DNA of 64,000 nt from an uncultured bacterium (GTDB taxonomy: Bacteria; Fidelibacterota; Marinisomatia; Marinisomatales; UBA1611). The translations under genes were made by a program, and so were the position numbers. Under the pieces are notes generated by a model. That model saw only the letters and a list, made by a program, of their open reading frames with translations. It did not search any database and had not been told where the DNA came from. This document shows, one piece after another, positions 1 through 11,600 of this stretch. How positions within the stretch are numbered: the stretch's first letter is position 1; each line of letters starts with the position of its first letter. The stretch is taken from contig CALSPG010000001.1 of NCBI GenBank assembly GCA_943788175.1, positions 96,001-160,000 on the forward strand, given 5' to 3'.

Positions 1-2939
1 TATTCCTTACCAGAGACCTTCTATTTTGTATGTTCTTCCGAATAATATAGGAAACCTTTTAGGGACAGTTGAAGTACTTATGGATTGGAAAAAAAGAATG
101 GGATATGAAGTAAACTATATATCTAGTTCTAATATTGTGAATAACTCTAATAACCTTAAAGATTATATAGAGACTGCTTACGAAGGTTGGGATAATCCCC
201 CAGAATATGTTACTATCGTAGGCGATGCTGAGGGTAGCTACGATATACCAACGCATTTTGAAAATTGGAGTGGTTACAATGGAGAAGGTGACCATCCTTA
301 TGCCACACTAGTTGGAAATGATTTATTCCCGGAATTATTTGTTGGTAGGCTTTCTTTTGATAGTCAAAGCCATTTACAGACCATTATAAGTAAAACTGTT
401 AATTATGAATCAAACCCCTATATGGGTGAAAATTGGTTTAAAAGAGCATGTTTAGTTGGAGACCCTTCTACTTCAGGCGTTTCATGCATTATTACAAATA
501 ATAATATAAAAGAAGTTCTTCAAAATTATGGATATGAAGATATAAGAACTGTTTTTTCTGGGGATTTTCCTAGTCAGATGACTAGTAATCTTAATGATGG
601 AGTAGGGTTTTTTAATTACAGAGGTTTTTATGGCGTAAGTGGCTATACGAATGATGACCCTGGCTTGTCAAATAATGGTTTTATGCTTCCAATTGCCACA
701 GTCATTACCTGTGGAACGGGTTCTTTTGGTACTGAAGAATCATTGTCCGAGTCGTTTTTAAGAGCTGGAACTGCTTCAAACCCAAGAGCTGCAGTTGCTT
801 GTATCGGTACTGCAACACTGGGTACGCATACGATGTTTAATAATATGGTTGATATGGGTTTTTATCATGGCGCTATTGTTGAAAATATAAACTCAGTTGG
901 TGGTGCTCTTATGGCCGGTAAACTCTGGCTTTCTAGAGCATACCCTACGAACCCTAATCAATATGTTTCTACTTTTACTCATTGGAACAGCCTTATGGGT
1001 GATGCCTCTCTTCAAATGTGGACAGAATATCCTGAAATGCTAAATGTATCGCATTTGTATTCTCTGACAAAAGGTACCAATTTCATCGATTTTTCGCTTA
1101 CTAATAGTGGTGGCAACCCTGTGCAAGATGCTTGGGTAACAATCTACAAAGAAGGCTCTGTTTTAGAGTCTGGTTATAGTGATTCCAATGGATCAATTCG
1201 ATTAATGATTCCAATTGTTCAGGAAGGCGAGATTCTTGTAACAGTTACTAAAAAAAATCATTACCCATATCAAAGCTCTTTTCAAATCTACAATCCAGGT
1301 GCCAGTGTGAATATTTTTGGTGATAACATATCCCTAATTGAAAATGGAACTGGTTCTTCAAATGGGAATGGAGATGGAGAAATAAATTCTGGCGAAGTAG
1401 TAGACCTGATTATTCCTGTATCGAACTATGGTAATGCAAATGCTTCTCAAATTAGTGGTACTCTTTCTTCAGAAAATTCTAATGTTACAATTACAAATGA
1501 TACATTTTTTTACGGAGACCTAACATCAGGAGATGTTGTTAGTAACGATTCATCTCCGTTTACATTTAGCGTAAATAACGATGTGCATGATAATTCAAAT
1601 GTTAAGCTGTTGCTTACACTTACCAATAGTAATGGTTATTTGTCTACAGGCTATTTGGAGTTTTCTGTCTCAGGCAAAAATATTTATGCATCGAATATTG
1701 ATGTTTCTGGCAGTAGTCAAGATGTCTTGTCAGCCGGAGAAATATCAAATGTTCATATTCAATTACATAATATTGGCTCCACTATAGCACAAAATATTAC
1801 AGGTCAAATAACCTCATCATCTGGTGCAATAGAGATTATTGATAATTCCGCTACTTGGTCATCAATCAATCCAGGTGCCTATAGCTCTAGCTCAAACAGT
1901 GGGGATTCATTTATTATTAGTGCTCAAGAAGATGTTATTCCTGGGACCATCGCAAATTTAATTGTATCTCTAAGTTCGGATGATGGATACTCAGCCTCTT
2001 CAGTTATTACGATCCAAATTGGTATTCCGTCAGAAAATGATCCATTGGGACCAGATGAATATGGTTATTATATATATGATAGCGGAGATATTGACTATCT
2101 TATTGCACCATCTTATGATTGGATTGAGATAGATGATAGGTATGATGGAAATGGTACGTATTTAAACTCCCTAAGTGATAATGGCGATAATGGAGATGAT
2201 GTCCAGACAGTTTAGCCTACCTTTTAATTTTAGATTTTATGGCCAAGAATATGAAAGTCTAAGTATTTGTTCAAATGGATGGATATCTTTTGGCGCAACT
2301 GATTTAAGCTCATTTAGAAATTATCCTCTGCCAGGAGCTGGGGGACCAGGAAAGATGGTCGCTGTTTTTTGGGATGATTTAAAATTAACAAATTCAGGAA
2401 GAGTTTATACTTGGTATGACGAAATTAATAAATTGTTTATAGTTCAATGGTCAAGAGTTCGTACTTTCCAAAATAATACTTCAGAAACATTTCAAGTGAT
2501 TTTAAAAGATCCTATGTATCACACTACTCCTACTGGTGATGGCGAAATAGTGATACAATATTTAGATTTCAATAATGATACTAATGGAAGCTATAGTTGG
2601 AGTCAAATTCATGGTAACTATTGCACTGTAGGTATTGAAGATCATACAATGAAACGAGGATTACAGTATACTTTTAATAATTCATATGCTGATGCAGCTA
2701 TGCCTTTATCAGATGGAACTGCGATTTTAATTACCACCCGTGGAAGTGAACTGCGTTTAGATGGTGATTTAAATACTGATGGAATGATTGATGTGAATGA
2801 TCTTCTTATTCTTATAGATCATATCGTTGTAGACCAAACAAATTTTAACCCATACCTAGCAGATATAAATTCTGATGGAATGGTGAATATTTTGGATATG
2901 GTAAGGCTTATTCAAATTGTAATGGGTTACGATCAGTAA
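1..2939 (+). CDS. Gingipain-like peptidase C25 family protein with Ig-like repeats, a NIDO-like domain and a C-terminal dockerin; 5'-truncated by the window, with one apparent frameshift at ~2211-2213
   Basis: C25 motifs (YVTIVGD, GDHPY, PELFVGRLS, VITCGTG, SLMGDASL). The frame is open back to base 2. Removing one T in 'cag aca gTTT agc cta cct' joins ORF 26..2215 to ORF 2175..2939 (DDVQTV-SLPFNFRFYG), matching the uninterrupted paralog at 14032. It ends in duplicated GDLNxDG..D / ADINxDG.VNILD dockerin repeats. Confidence 0.85.
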
Positions 2940-2960
2940 TTTTAACTGAGTCTTGCGGGT

Positions 2961-4145
2961 ATGCTAATTTCGCCCTTATTGATTCTTGGTTTTCTAGCTA
3001 CCCTTTTAATCATTGCCGGCCTACTAGAATTTAAATACCATCAAACAAGCTTATCCGGTATTCCAATTAGAATTCATGTAAACGGTACCAGAGGAAAATC
3101 AAGCGTCACTCGTCTTATAGCTGCAGGGTTAAGAGCTGGAGGAAAACGTACATTTGCCAAAACAACAGGCACGGCACCTAGAGTAATTGATTCTAAAGGA
3201 ATCGATAGAATTATCCATAGATTAAGAAAACCCTCTATTGGTGAGCAAGTAAGATTGCTTAAATATTTTTCTGATGAAAAACCTGATGTGGTTGTAATGG
3301 AATGTATGGCAGTTCAACCTCAATATCAGTGGATCTCTGAACATCAGATGGTAAAATCAGATATTGGGGTTATTACGAATGCAAGGCCAGATCACTTAGA
3401 TGAAATGGGGCCAACAGAAGTGGATGTTGTAAAATCATTATGTAATTCAATTCCTGTAGGTGGTGTTCTTGTAACGGCTGAAAAAAAACACAAAAAAATC
3501 ATTAAAAAAGTTACGTATGACAATAACTCTGATTTTATTTTATCAGATGAAAATTCAATTTCAAATGAGTATATAAACAATTTTAAATACATCGAGCACC
3601 CTCAAAACATAGCAATCGCATTGGATGTGTGTGAAAAAATTAGGAATTGATAGAGACACAGCAATAGGAGGTATGCACCAAGTTCAACCAGATTTAGGTG
3701 CTTTGATTGTTTGGAAATTAATTGGTCAAAAAGGTTCATTGCAATTCGTAAATGGAATGGCTGCAAATGACCCCGTATCGACATTGCAAATATGGAAATT
3801 TGTAATTGATAGGTATCCTACCAAAAGTGCAACGGCGGTATTTTTTAATTCAAGAGATGACCGCCCTATACGTACAAAACAAATGTTAGAACTCACGTTT
3901 GAAGAAATTCGACCTGAATATTTAATTGTCAGAGGTGATAAGATCGAAGCAAAAATAAACAAGCTTAAACACCACTCGCCTGAAACTATTGTTATAAATA
4001 TTCTCTATTGACGAGAAGCCTGATGTTGTTAGTAAAGCGATATTAAATTGCCTGATGATTCAATTATTTACGCAATTGGTAACCAAGTAGGAAGTTGGGC
4101 AAGAGATATTAGAAGATTTAGCCAGGAATAGAAGTAATTGGTTGA
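2961..4145 (+). CDS. capB: Poly-gamma-glutamate synthase CapB/PgsB (Mur-ligase fold), interrupted by several single-base indels
   Basis: N-terminal TM helix, then HVNGTRGKSSVTRLIAAGLR, KTTG, ECMAVQP, TNARPDHLDEMGP, AANDP and NSRDDR. The C-terminal 'IYAIGNQVG' motif is readable in another frame at ~4065-4092. Directly upstream of capC. Confidence 0.92.
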
Positions 4146-4582
4146 AATTAGCATTGGGTTAGGAATTATTCTAAGCTTAGTATTGTCAGAAGCTCTAGGC
4201 GTCACAGCTGGTGGGATTATTGTGCCAGGTTATATAGCTTTATTTTTACATCAACCAGTTCAGGATATTCTCAACTTTTTTTGTAGCTATTTTGGTTTTA
4301 GGAATAATAAAAATTTTAAGCAAAATTATGTTCTTATATGGAAAAAGGAGAATTGTACTTGCACTGATCCTTGGTTTTTTCTTCGGCTATTTATCTAGAA
4401 CGTTGTATGTTGATTCGGAAAGCATAAAAAGTGTTGCTGTTATAGGTAATATTATACCTGGCCTTATTGCAAATTGGATGGATAGACAAGGTGTGACGCG
4501 CACAATTTCAGTTGTTATTCTTACAGCTGTCATTGTAAAGCTGATGGTGATGATATTATTTGGAGGAGCAATCTTTGAATAA
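4138..4582 (+). CDS. capC: Poly-gamma-glutamate biosynthesis membrane protein CapC/PgsC; one apparent frameshift at ~4264
   Basis: GVTAGGIIVPGYIAL, LYGKRR and IGNIIPGLIANWMDRQG motifs. ORFs 4138..4398 and 4292..4582 join if one G is removed from 'cagGata'. Confidence 0.92.
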
Positions 4583-5729
4583 TTACAAACAAAATCCATT
4601 CATTCCTGCAATTCAAAAAACATCCACTCTCTTAATTTTGTCTCTTATAGCAATGGTTGCCTTTATAATTTCATTAAAGAGTACCATCATAGAGGTATCA
4701 TCTTCATACGATACGAAAGTTAAAGCTGCTTCTCTAATGAAAAAATCAATGAATGTATTGAAGTCTAATAGAATGGTTTCTAGTGTTTTTATTGATGATG
4801 AAAATGACCCGAATGAAACCGGATTAGTTGGAAGTCCATTCAGTCTGATAACTACTGACGAAGGTGATTTAGACGCGAAACTCACAACATTAGATCCAAA
4901 CTTTTCTGCAGGTATGGTCGAACTGATGGTTCAAGTCGGCATAGAAAAAAATGACACTGTAGCGGTCCTTTTAACTGGGTCTATGCCAGGTGGAAATATT
5001 GCAGTCCTTACTGCATTGAAAGCACTTGGCGCTTATTCTGTTGTCATTACATCTGTTGGAGCATCACAATGGGGTGCAAATCATATTGATTTTACTTGGC
5101 TTGATATGGAAAAAATACTTTATGAAGAAAATTTAATTCTAAATAGAAGTATAGCTGCATCCATTGGCGGACGAAATGATATGGGTAGATTACTTAGTCC
5201 TGAAGGAAGAAATATTATTAATAAAAATATTTCAAAGCATGGGTTACCAATAATTAAAAAAAGTAGATTGGCTGATAACATAAGTCATAGAATGAAACTT
5301 TTTAATAATATCGCGAAAATAGATAATTATAGTGCAATGATAAATGTCGGAGGTGGTGTAGCAAGCTTGGGTACAAGTTTTAATTCAAAATTACTTCCTG
5401 CAGGCATTGTAAATAGATCTGATGTCCAAAGTATTTCATTGCAGGACGGTGGAATAGAAGGTGTTTTATCAAAATTTTCAAAAAACGACATTCCGGTTTT
5501 ACATGTATTAAACATTAAATCATTAACAGAAAAACTTGGAATGCCTTTTGCTCCAATACCTGTTCCTGAGGTTGGTGTGGGTACTTTATATGCTGTTGAA
5601 AAATATAACGTATTTGTTGCCTTCGTCTGCTTAATCGTCTTATGTAGTGCAGTTTTTGTAGTTGGTTATCAAAGTAAAAAAGAAATAAAGGAGCATCTCA
5701 TAAATCATGAGCCAGATAGTTTACTATAA
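4575..5729 (+). CDS. pgsW: Poly-gamma-glutamate system protein (PgsW type)
   Basis: DPNETGLVG..S.ITT..G.L.AK.TT..PNF, TGSMPG, SVGASQWGAN and INVGGG motifs, with N- and C-terminal TM helices. Follows capBC. TTG start at 4575 with GGAGG at 4562-4566. Confidence 0.85.
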   Translation: MNNYKQNPFIPAIQKTSTLLILSLIAMVAFIISLKSTIIEVSSSYDTKVKAASLMKKSMNVLKSNRMVSSVFIDDENDPNETGLVGSPFSLITTDEGDLDAKLTTLDPNFSAGMVELMVQVGIEKNDTVAVLLTGSMPGGNIAVLTALKALGAYSVVITSVGASQWGANHIDFTWLDMEKILYEENLILNRSIAASIGGRNDMGRLLSPEGRNIINKNISKHGLPIIKKSRLADNISHRMKLFNNIAKIDNYSAMINVGGGVASLGTSFNSKLLPAGIVNRSDVQSISLQDGGIEGVLSKFSKNDIPVLHVLNIKSLTEKLGMPFAPIPVPEVGVGTLYAVEKYNVFVAFVCLIVLCSAVFVVGYQSKKEIKEHLINHEPDSLL

Positions 5730-6585
5730 GTTAATTTTTATCTCGTTGTTCTTTATTTGTGAATCTACTGCGTTTGCAAAATTATTGAGACCATCAAAGA
5801 ATCGAGACCAGAAAGAAATTCTTGTCATAAACTCAAAAAGAAGAGTTTATTATCCAATTAAACAAGAAGGTCTTGTTTATCAGATTAATGGCCCTGTAAG
5901 GACGGAATTTATTAGTAGGTATCCAGTACTAAAGAAAAAGAAAAGGAGTCACAGTTTTAACTATGTTATTGTACTTAACCAAAAAGACACCATTAACGTC
6001 AATCATCGATACAAAGTGCAATCTCCTGTGCGCTCTGTTCAGCACCCAAAACATAGATACACTTTTTCTGGAAACTATTTTATTAACCTGCCTAAAGGAA
6101 ACCATACGGTAGAAATTCTTCAAAATAAAGATTTAAAGTACCCTGTTCTTCTTCGGCTATTATCGAAAGAATTTGAAACCCCAAAGAAAGATCAAGAAAT
6201 ATTAGTTCCTATGGTTCATAAGAATAATGTGGATATTGAATTAGATGGAAAAAATCTAAAATATTTTGAATGTAGTAAAAATATACCTTTGCAGATAGAA
6301 GCATACGGTCCAAAGATCTTAAGAATTATTAGTAGATTAGAGTTTACAGAAAAAATGGGAGCACAGGAATCTTATAGAATTCACGTAAAAAGTGAAAAAA
6401 AAGTGGTTGGAACTTATTTTTTTAATACTGAAAGGTCTGGATCTTCAAAAATTAAAAATCGGTCAGATAAAGTACCTGGCAAATGGCGAAGTTGTGAAAT
6501 TAAAGTACCAAAAGGTAATCATAATTTTTCTATTGAAGTTTTTGATGAGGGAAAAACAGCTCTTACGCGTTTTATGTTATACTAA
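5707..6585 (+). CDS. Secreted, Lys/Arg-rich hypothetical protein with two internal repeats
   Basis: Signal peptide ending AFA. The pattern GP....ISR ... PKGNH occurs twice. Overlaps both neighbours. Confidence 0.7.
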   Translation: MSQIVYYKLIFISLFFICESTAFAKLLRPSKNRDQKEILVINSKRRVYYPIKQEGLVYQINGPVRTEFISRYPVLKKKKRSHSFNYVIVLNQKDTINVNHRYKVQSPVRSVQHPKHRYTFSGNYFINLPKGNHTVEILQNKDLKYPVLLRLLSKEFETPKKDQEILVPMVHKNNVDIELDGKNLKYFECSKNIPLQIEAYGPKILRIISRLEFTEKMGAQESYRIHVKSEKKVVGTYFFNTERSGSSKIKNRSDKVPGKWRSCEIKVPKGNHNFSIEVFDEGKTALTRFMLY

Positions 6586-7613
6586 TGCGATTTTTAATTA
6601 TACTTAAAATACTATATATTTTTTGCTCTGCTAACGGCTCAACGCCTATCGACTTAAGTTTGAGTTATCAAGGTGGGTACGATGATAATGTAATGAGATT
6701 TTCTAAAAAAGAAATTTCAGATGCTTCGTCTAATATTAAATACCTTGGTGGTTCAAAAACTTTTGATAGTTATATTAATAAAATTCAATTTGGTTTTAAT
6801 AAAACATTATATGCAAAAAATAACAAAGAGGTGCTTTATAATTCATCTGTGGCTTTGTCCGATTATGTCCATAATTCGAACAAAGACTATTGGTCAGGTA
6901 ACATATCTGTAAAATATAAATGGGGGTCATACCGAAATCTAAAATACTCTTTAAGACATCTTAATAGTTACTATTTACGTCATTATATTGATAGAGACTT
7001 ATCCTTAAATGAATTGAAATCATGCAGCTTCACAGATAACGATCAAAATGTGTCGATTTCAAATAGAATCAATAAGAGAAATTGGTATATCATTAGTTTT
7101 GGTTTTCTTCAAAGGTATTATGATAAACCATTCACAGAATTTGACTTAAATATCTATTATGCTAAAGTAAAGATAAATAAAAAAATAAAAAGATATGGTA
7201 CAATTTCTTTTCAAGTAAATCGAGGTTTCGCTGATAATGTGACTTTTACAAAAACTGGTATTTCAAGTGATTTTGACCGTTCATATGAATCTATTGAATG
7301 GTATATGCCTATAAAAATAAACAGCCCGGTACCTATGATTGAGAATTTTGGTTTTTCATTTAGACAAGAACTAAGATATTATAATGCAGAAGCTGTAAAT
7401 GATGTTTTACATGCAGGTAGAGATCACGTAGATAATAAATTGGACTTTTGGTTCAATAAGAGTCTAAAAGAAAATCTTGATGTCGTATTTAGTGTTCGTT
7501 TTCGATCAAGAGAAACAGGGTCATCATATAGCTGGGTTCGTGATCTAAAGAGTTTTAAACAAATGCAGTTATGGTGTAAAATTAAATGGGGTTTTTCCTA
7601 TGATAATTATTAA
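6585..7613 (+). CDS. Putative outer-membrane beta-barrel protein
   Basis: Signal peptide, GYDDNV near the N-terminus, alternating amphipathic strands rich in aromatic residues, and an aromatic C-terminus (KIKWGFSYDNY). Confidence 0.6.
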   Translation: MRFLIILKILYIFCSANGSTPIDLSLSYQGGYDDNVMRFSKKEISDASSNIKYLGGSKTFDSYINKIQFGFNKTLYAKNNKEVLYNSSVALSDYVHNSNKDYWSGNISVKYKWGSYRNLKYSLRHLNSYYLRHYIDRDLSLNELKSCSFTDNDQNVSISNRINKRNWYIISFGFLQRYYDKPFTEFDLNIYYAKVKINKKIKRYGTISFQVNRGFADNVTFTKTGISSDFDRSYESIEWYMPIKINSPVPMIENFGFSFRQELRYYNAEAVNDVLHAGRDHVDNKLDFWFNKSLKENLDVVFSVRFRSRETGSSYSWVRDLKSFKQMQLWCKIKWGFSYDNY

Positions 7614-8652
7614 AAAAGTTAATTTTTTATTAATAGTTCTATTGTTGTTCTCATGCATGGAACCAAATGATGAGGGTCTTTGGTCTGTTGATCAAATAAG
7701 TGTTTTTAATACCCAAGGATTCTGTAGAGGCGTTTCTGTCGAAGAAAATATAGCCTATATTGCCTCTGGGCAAGCTGGGGTCCAAGTTTGGAATTTAGAA
7801 ACTGGAGACGCATTGCATGAATATTTGGGTTATTCACAAGATGGCTCTTACATTGAATTTGATGATATATCAATTGTAAAAAGAGATGGAGCTAATAATT
7901 TAATATTCGTTACTGAATCAAATAAAAAAGTAAAAGTTTTCTTTTTTGATGATAGTAGTGATTTTGTTTATAGGAACGAAATCATGAGTGATCGCACAAA
8001 AGACTATGTTTCATTTCCAACTGCTGGAGGTGGTTTTACTATGTATGTTGCTGATAATGATGATGGTCTCAAATGGGGAACATATAGGTCAGATACTACA
8101 ACCATATTCAATCTTGAGATAATAAATTGGATGCCAACTGCTGGTGGAGAAATTTCTACGGATGGAAAGCCGTTAGGCATCGATAGTAATGGTGAAAATT
8201 TAGTAGCTATGGCGGTAGATCAGTTAGGTGTAGAATTTTACAATCTTATTTTTAACCAATCTATTGAAAATGCTGGAGGGGAACCTGTTTTTCTTTCCAG
8301 GTTTGACTTAGGTGGTAATGCAGAACAAGTAAAATTAGTCGATAACGGAGCATATATATCAGTAGATGATTTCGGAGCATATTTTATAGAAAAAGAGTCA
8401 ATTTTATCTGGTGATGGTGAAGCTATTCATTTTGCAGAAGGCCTCACGGTTGATCACATTTCTATCAAAGATGATATAGCAGTATTAAGCATTGGATCTA
8501 AAGGTATTGCTCTTTATGATATTTCTGATATCCATAATCCTAAAGCAAAAGGAATTTTTGATGTTGGTTACACATACAAAACTGAATTCTGGGATGAATA
8601 CATTTTAATTTGTACTAGATCAGGTTTAAAAACTGCAAAAATAAATATTTAA
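7600..8652 (+). CDS. Lipoprotein with LVIVD-like beta-propeller repeats
   Basis: Lipobox LLFSC. Repeats such as IAYIASGQAGVQVWNL and IAVLSIGSKGIALYDISDIHNP. Confidence 0.7.
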   Translation: MIIIKKVNFLLIVLLLFSCMEPNDEGLWSVDQISVFNTQGFCRGVSVEENIAYIASGQAGVQVWNLETGDALHEYLGYSQDGSYIEFDDISIVKRDGANNLIFVTESNKKVKVFFFDDSSDFVYRNEIMSDRTKDYVSFPTAGGGFTMYVADNDDGLKWGTYRSDTTTIFNLEIINWMPTAGGEISTDGKPLGIDSNGENLVAMAVDQLGVEFYNLIFNQSIENAGGEPVFLSRFDLGGNAEQVKLVDNGAYISVDDFGAYFIEKESILSGDGEAIHFAEGLTVDHISIKDDIAVLSIGSKGIALYDISDIHNPKAKGIFDVGYTYKTEFWDEYILICTRSGLKTAKINI

Positions 8653-8677
8653 CATTTCAACGGAGATTAACAAATCA

Positions 8678-11600
8678 ATGAAGATTCGAGTTTTATTATT
8701 TTTTCTTACAATTTTTTCTTTGAGAGCTGAACAATTCACTTTCGATAATGCATCTCCAATTAGGCAAGGTGTTCATGTCGAATGGTATCGAACAGTCGTT
8801 CCCTCTCTCAATGGCTCTGCCATTTTCGTGTGGTCAGATACTCGATTTGGTATGCGCAATGTATTTGCTCACAAAATAGATAAAAATGGAAACCTATTGT
8901 GGGGTGAGGCAGGGACAGTTGTTACGAATTTACCTGGGAGGCAGGAAGACCCTGTATCAATTGAAGACGGCAATGGTGGCGCGTTCATTGCTTGGGTTGA
9001 CTATAGATTTGATGACGCTGGCGATATTTTTATCCAGCATGTAAACAATGATGGTTCAATATTGATGGATCCTAATGGAGTGGCATTAGCTCAGTTTCAA
9101 GGTCAGCAGATTTCCATAAACATGTGCACAGATAGTCTTGGTGGCGTTTTTGTAACTTGGCAAGATAAACGCGGAGGCGTTGATGATGATATCTATGGTA
9201 CTCACGTTGATAGCAATTATAATATCATTGAACCCGGAATAGGTGTTCCTATTGTAGTGCAGGGTGGAACTCAATCAGCCAAAAGCATTGAGTATGCAGG
9301 AAACAATGAGGCTTTTATTTGTTGGTCAGATTCTAGGCAAGGTGAAAATATTGATATTTACGGACAAAGATTAGATATGACTATGTCACCACTGTTTCAA
9401 GAAGATGGTATTCCTATTGCTAGTACTTCCGGGTTGGAAACTAGGCCACGTACAACCTTTGTAAATAATACAACTTCAATTGTGACTTGGAAGTTTGGCG
9501 ATGAAAATGGCAGAATATTATTTCAGTTTGTTGACCAAAATGGACTTGTTTTTACTAACTCAAAACCTGTTTCTGAGTATGATGCTATTCAAACTGGGCC
9601 AAGGCTAAAAAGAGGTAGTCAGGGCGACGTATTTTTGTCTTGGAAAGATTTACGTTTTGATCCTGTAGATGGTGATATTTTTATGCAAAAAATTAATGAA
9701 GATGGTGATGTGGAATGGGGCGATGGTATTCAGGTTGATTTAACAGACGGTGTTAATTTTAGCGGAAGATTTTCTGCAAATAATGTTGGCGGATTTGATA
9801 TATTTTGGGAGAAAGGTGTTTTTCCAAATGTTGATATCTTGTTTCAAAGTTTTAACTCGAACGGTCAGCCTCAGAGTGATATGCCAATTATTGTTACTAG
9901 TGATGAGGGTTACCAGTTCGCGCCCAATATCATTAGTGGTTCAAGTGATAGTGTATTTGTAGTTTATGCTGATCAAGGAAATGGTAGCATAGATTTAAAA
10001 GTTAATTACTACAAAGGTGTCAATTCGCTTTTCGAAACTGGTGGATTGCTTGCCGTTAAAGGGTTAGATGGTGATATTAAATATAATGTTGGATACCCAA
10101 TTGATGATGAAAAAATAGTTTTAGTTTGGGAAGATAATAGAGCAAGTAAGAAAATTTATGCAAATGTCATTAGCGCAGGAGAATTATCGCACTTAAATGG
10201 AAAACAACTCTCATTTTCTGACAACTCTTCAACTGAAATTGATTTGTCCAGTCCGTTTATGATAAACGCATCTAATTATGTTTATACTGCAACCTTCGAT
10301 GCCACCGGAACACCGAAAAAGATTAGAATAAATAAATTAAATGCTAACCTGGAAAATGTTTGGGATCAAAGTGGCGTTTCCCTCAATCCTGAGAATGATC
10401 AACGGAACGCTCATTTGGTAGATCTCGGGATGCAGGGCGTTGGTGTTTTTTGGTCAGAGAGTAGATCTTTTTTAAGTGGTTTTGATATATTTTTTCAATC
10501 GCTAAATAATAATGGAGAAAGTCAGCTGAATGCCGGGGGTATTGCCGTAGCAGAGTCAAATGGAGATGATTATATCCAAAGTATACTGCCAACGCCTGAT
10601 GGAAATTTTCTTATTTTTTGGGTAGAAGAAGTTTGGCCAGCATCAAGATTAAAGTATACTAAAGTAGATGCAGGTGGGTCTACATCTATTGGTTGGCCTC
10701 CAAATGGCTATAGTCTTAGTAATCAAACTATAGGGGCAAATAACTTATCTGTTAAATCAATATCTGAAACCAGCGGTGTGCTTGCAGTTTGGAATCAAGA
10801 GGGGAATTTTAGTGATATTTATGCCCAAAAAATTAATTGGAATGGTCAAACAGAATGGGACGATAACGGTGTGGCAATAAGTATAGAGGACAATGATCAA
10901 TCTGCGATATCTTTTGATATTGATCAACCAGGTCAAACAGCATTTATTGTATGGGAGGATTATCGTAATGGTACTGATTATAACGTTGTTGGTAGAGAGT
11001 TAAACCTTGTTTCAGGTGCTATGAATCAAATCGATGTCTTTTTTACATCTGATACAACCAACCAACAAAAGCCGCTGGTGAAATCAGTTGCGGCAGGAGA
11101 ATATATTATTGTCTGGGAGGATGGTAGAGGATATTACAATGATGACCCGCTTTTAATAAATGGTGTTGATCTTTATGGTTCAGCGTATGTTGTTGGCTCT
11201 GGAAGAACAACAGGTATAGATGGCATTCCAATATCTGTTGAATATCATGGTCAAAAAAATCCTAGGATTACTAAATATAGTGGCGAAGACTATCTTCTTC
11301 ATTGGATTGATCTTAGAAGTTCAGGGAAGGAGGACCTTGCTAATTATTATGCTAAAATTATTAGAAGGACAGGTATTCTCAGCTCTAAAAATGAAGAATT
11401 TGATATAAATATTCCAAATAGTTTTGAGATTCAATCTGTATACCCAAATCCATTTAATGGTAAAGTTAAATTTGATTTTACCATCGACACTCCTCAATTA
11501 GTGACATTCAATGTCTATGACATTACTGGGAAAATGATTGTTGATGAATTAATAATAGGCGGTGCAAGAGGTTATCATCAAATTTCTTGGGATGGAAAAA

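Noticed and set aside
2175-2939. A separate 254-aa dockerin gene
   Set aside because: It is the frameshifted C-terminus of the upstream C25 protein; the paralog at 14032 is continuous across the same point.
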